Shown here piece by piece: positions 63,300 through 64,000 of a DNA stretch of 64,000 nt (position 1 is its first letter; the number at the start of each line of letters is the position of its first letter). Source of the stretch: Camelus ferus (taxonomy: Eukaryota); the NCBI RefSeq assembly GCF_009834535.1, contig NC_045696.1:67582001-67646000 (forward strand), read 5' to 3'. The notes beneath the pieces were generated by a model that was given only the letters and a program-made list of their open reading frames with translations, was not told where the DNA came from and did no database searches. Position numbers and translations under genes: made by a program.

Positions 63300-63525
63300 T
63301 ACTAGTTGATAACTACAAGTGTATATAAGTACATATGTAAGAGAGCTGGTGTGTACGTCTGTGGAGGTATAAAAAGCCAGATACTAGAAGGAAATATACC
63401 AAAATGTTAAGAGCTCATGTTAGGACCATGGACGTACGAGCAAATTAATTTTTTTCTTTTCAATTTTTAAATTGTCTAAATAGAATATAATAAAAACATG
63501 AATGGCTCTTAGAAAATAACAACTA
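63300..63525 (+). mobile_element. Ancient L1ME-like 3' terminal fragment
   Basis: actagaaggaaatataccaaaatgttaagag...tttttttcttttcaatttttaaattgtcta...aaacatgaat. Confidence 0.55.
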
Positions 63526-63734
63526 TATAAAACATAGGATTTCAGTCTTTTCTTTAGTATTTTCAGACACGAAGCCAGAAGAAAATGAACAACCTAAAGT
63601 GGGGACAATTTGTCCAAAAAAATACAGACACCTAGATTTTTCAGTCTGATATGCACAGAAACACTTTCCTACTATACAAGCTGTTTCTATCTAAGTGGGC
63701 TTGACAGATGCCTGAACGTGACACAAGACACTGA

Positions 63735-63910
63735 AATAACATGCAAATCAGTTTTCGGTTTTAATATGCAAATATGACGCTTGGCACATCACTTTCCATG
63801 GCTGAGGTAAATTTCTGTTTTTGAGATTTTCGTGGGAAATGCACGCCGGCAAACAAATGGTTAACTCCCCATATTTCACCTAACACGAGGTGGTTTTCAT
63901 TTGAGTCAGA
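63735..63910. promoter_or_regulatory. Candidate intronic enhancer (2 octamers, RBPJ/STAT6, AP-1, forkhead motifs)
   Basis: ATGCAAAT at 63741-63748 and 63766-63773; TTCGTGGGAA at 63829-63838; GCAAACA at 63849-63855; TGAGTCA at 63902-63908. Motifs only, no functional data. Confidence 0.45.
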
Positions 63911-64000
63911 AAGGTTCTTGCTCAGCGATCCAAGGCACTTTGGATGCTAAGAAAGGGCATGTGTTTTATTCAGTAACAATGCCACCCGCAGCAAACAAGT

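Larger units (their letters stand above)
1..64000 (-). other. LPP: Internal part of the LPP transcription unit (two coding exons, one complete intron, two partial introns)
   Basis: Two exons splice in frame to a zyxin-family pre-LIM + LIM1 peptide that I recognise as LPP. No start codon, stop codon or other LPP exon is seen in the window, so the gene extends beyond both ends. Confidence 0.95.

Noticed and set aside
54635..64000. miR-28 hairpin, known to lie in an LPP intron upstream of this exon in human
   Set aside because: I could not find the mature arms (AAGGAGCTCACAGTCTATTGAG / CACTAGATTGTGAGCTCCTGGA) on either strand. The gtcagaaaggt match near 63905 and the L2-like stretch near 56520 are short coincidental or L2-derived similarities. 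The miRNA probably lies beyond the window.

Overview
This is mammalian, CpG-depleted, repeat-rich genomic DNA, not a prokaryotic region. The whole window lies inside the LPP gene (LIM domain-containing preferred translocation partner in lipoma; zyxin family), transcribed on the minus strand. Two coding exons are present, both with canonical AG/GT boundaries: a 127-bp pre-LIM exon (54508-54634) and the 170-bp LIM1 exon (3836-4005), separated by a 50,502-bp intron. The rest is intron filled with LINE-1, L2, L3/CR1, MIR, MaLR LTR and DNA-transposon fossils plus microsatellites. A tRNA-derived Vic-1-like SINE and the style of the young L1 3' UTRs suggest a camelid genome (inference). Nearly all ORFs in the supplied track are noise or L1 ORF2 debris. 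I found no convincing new coding system. The most notable structures are: (1) a nested Tigger > 5'-inverted old L1 > two younger L1 stack at about 17.1-23.3 kb; (2) a chimeric L1 whose young body ends in an ancient L1M-type tail inside one 16-bp TSD (33.0-33.7 kb); (3) several dense transcription-factor motif clusters, notably Oct/Oct/RBPJ-STAT6/AP-1 at about 63.8 kb and ETS/NF-Y at about 39.7 kb; (4) an in-frame cryptic acceptor 21 nt upstream of the LIM1 exon. Repeat family names come from recalled consensus sequences and most repeat boundaries are approximate; RepeatMasker/Dfam should confirm them.
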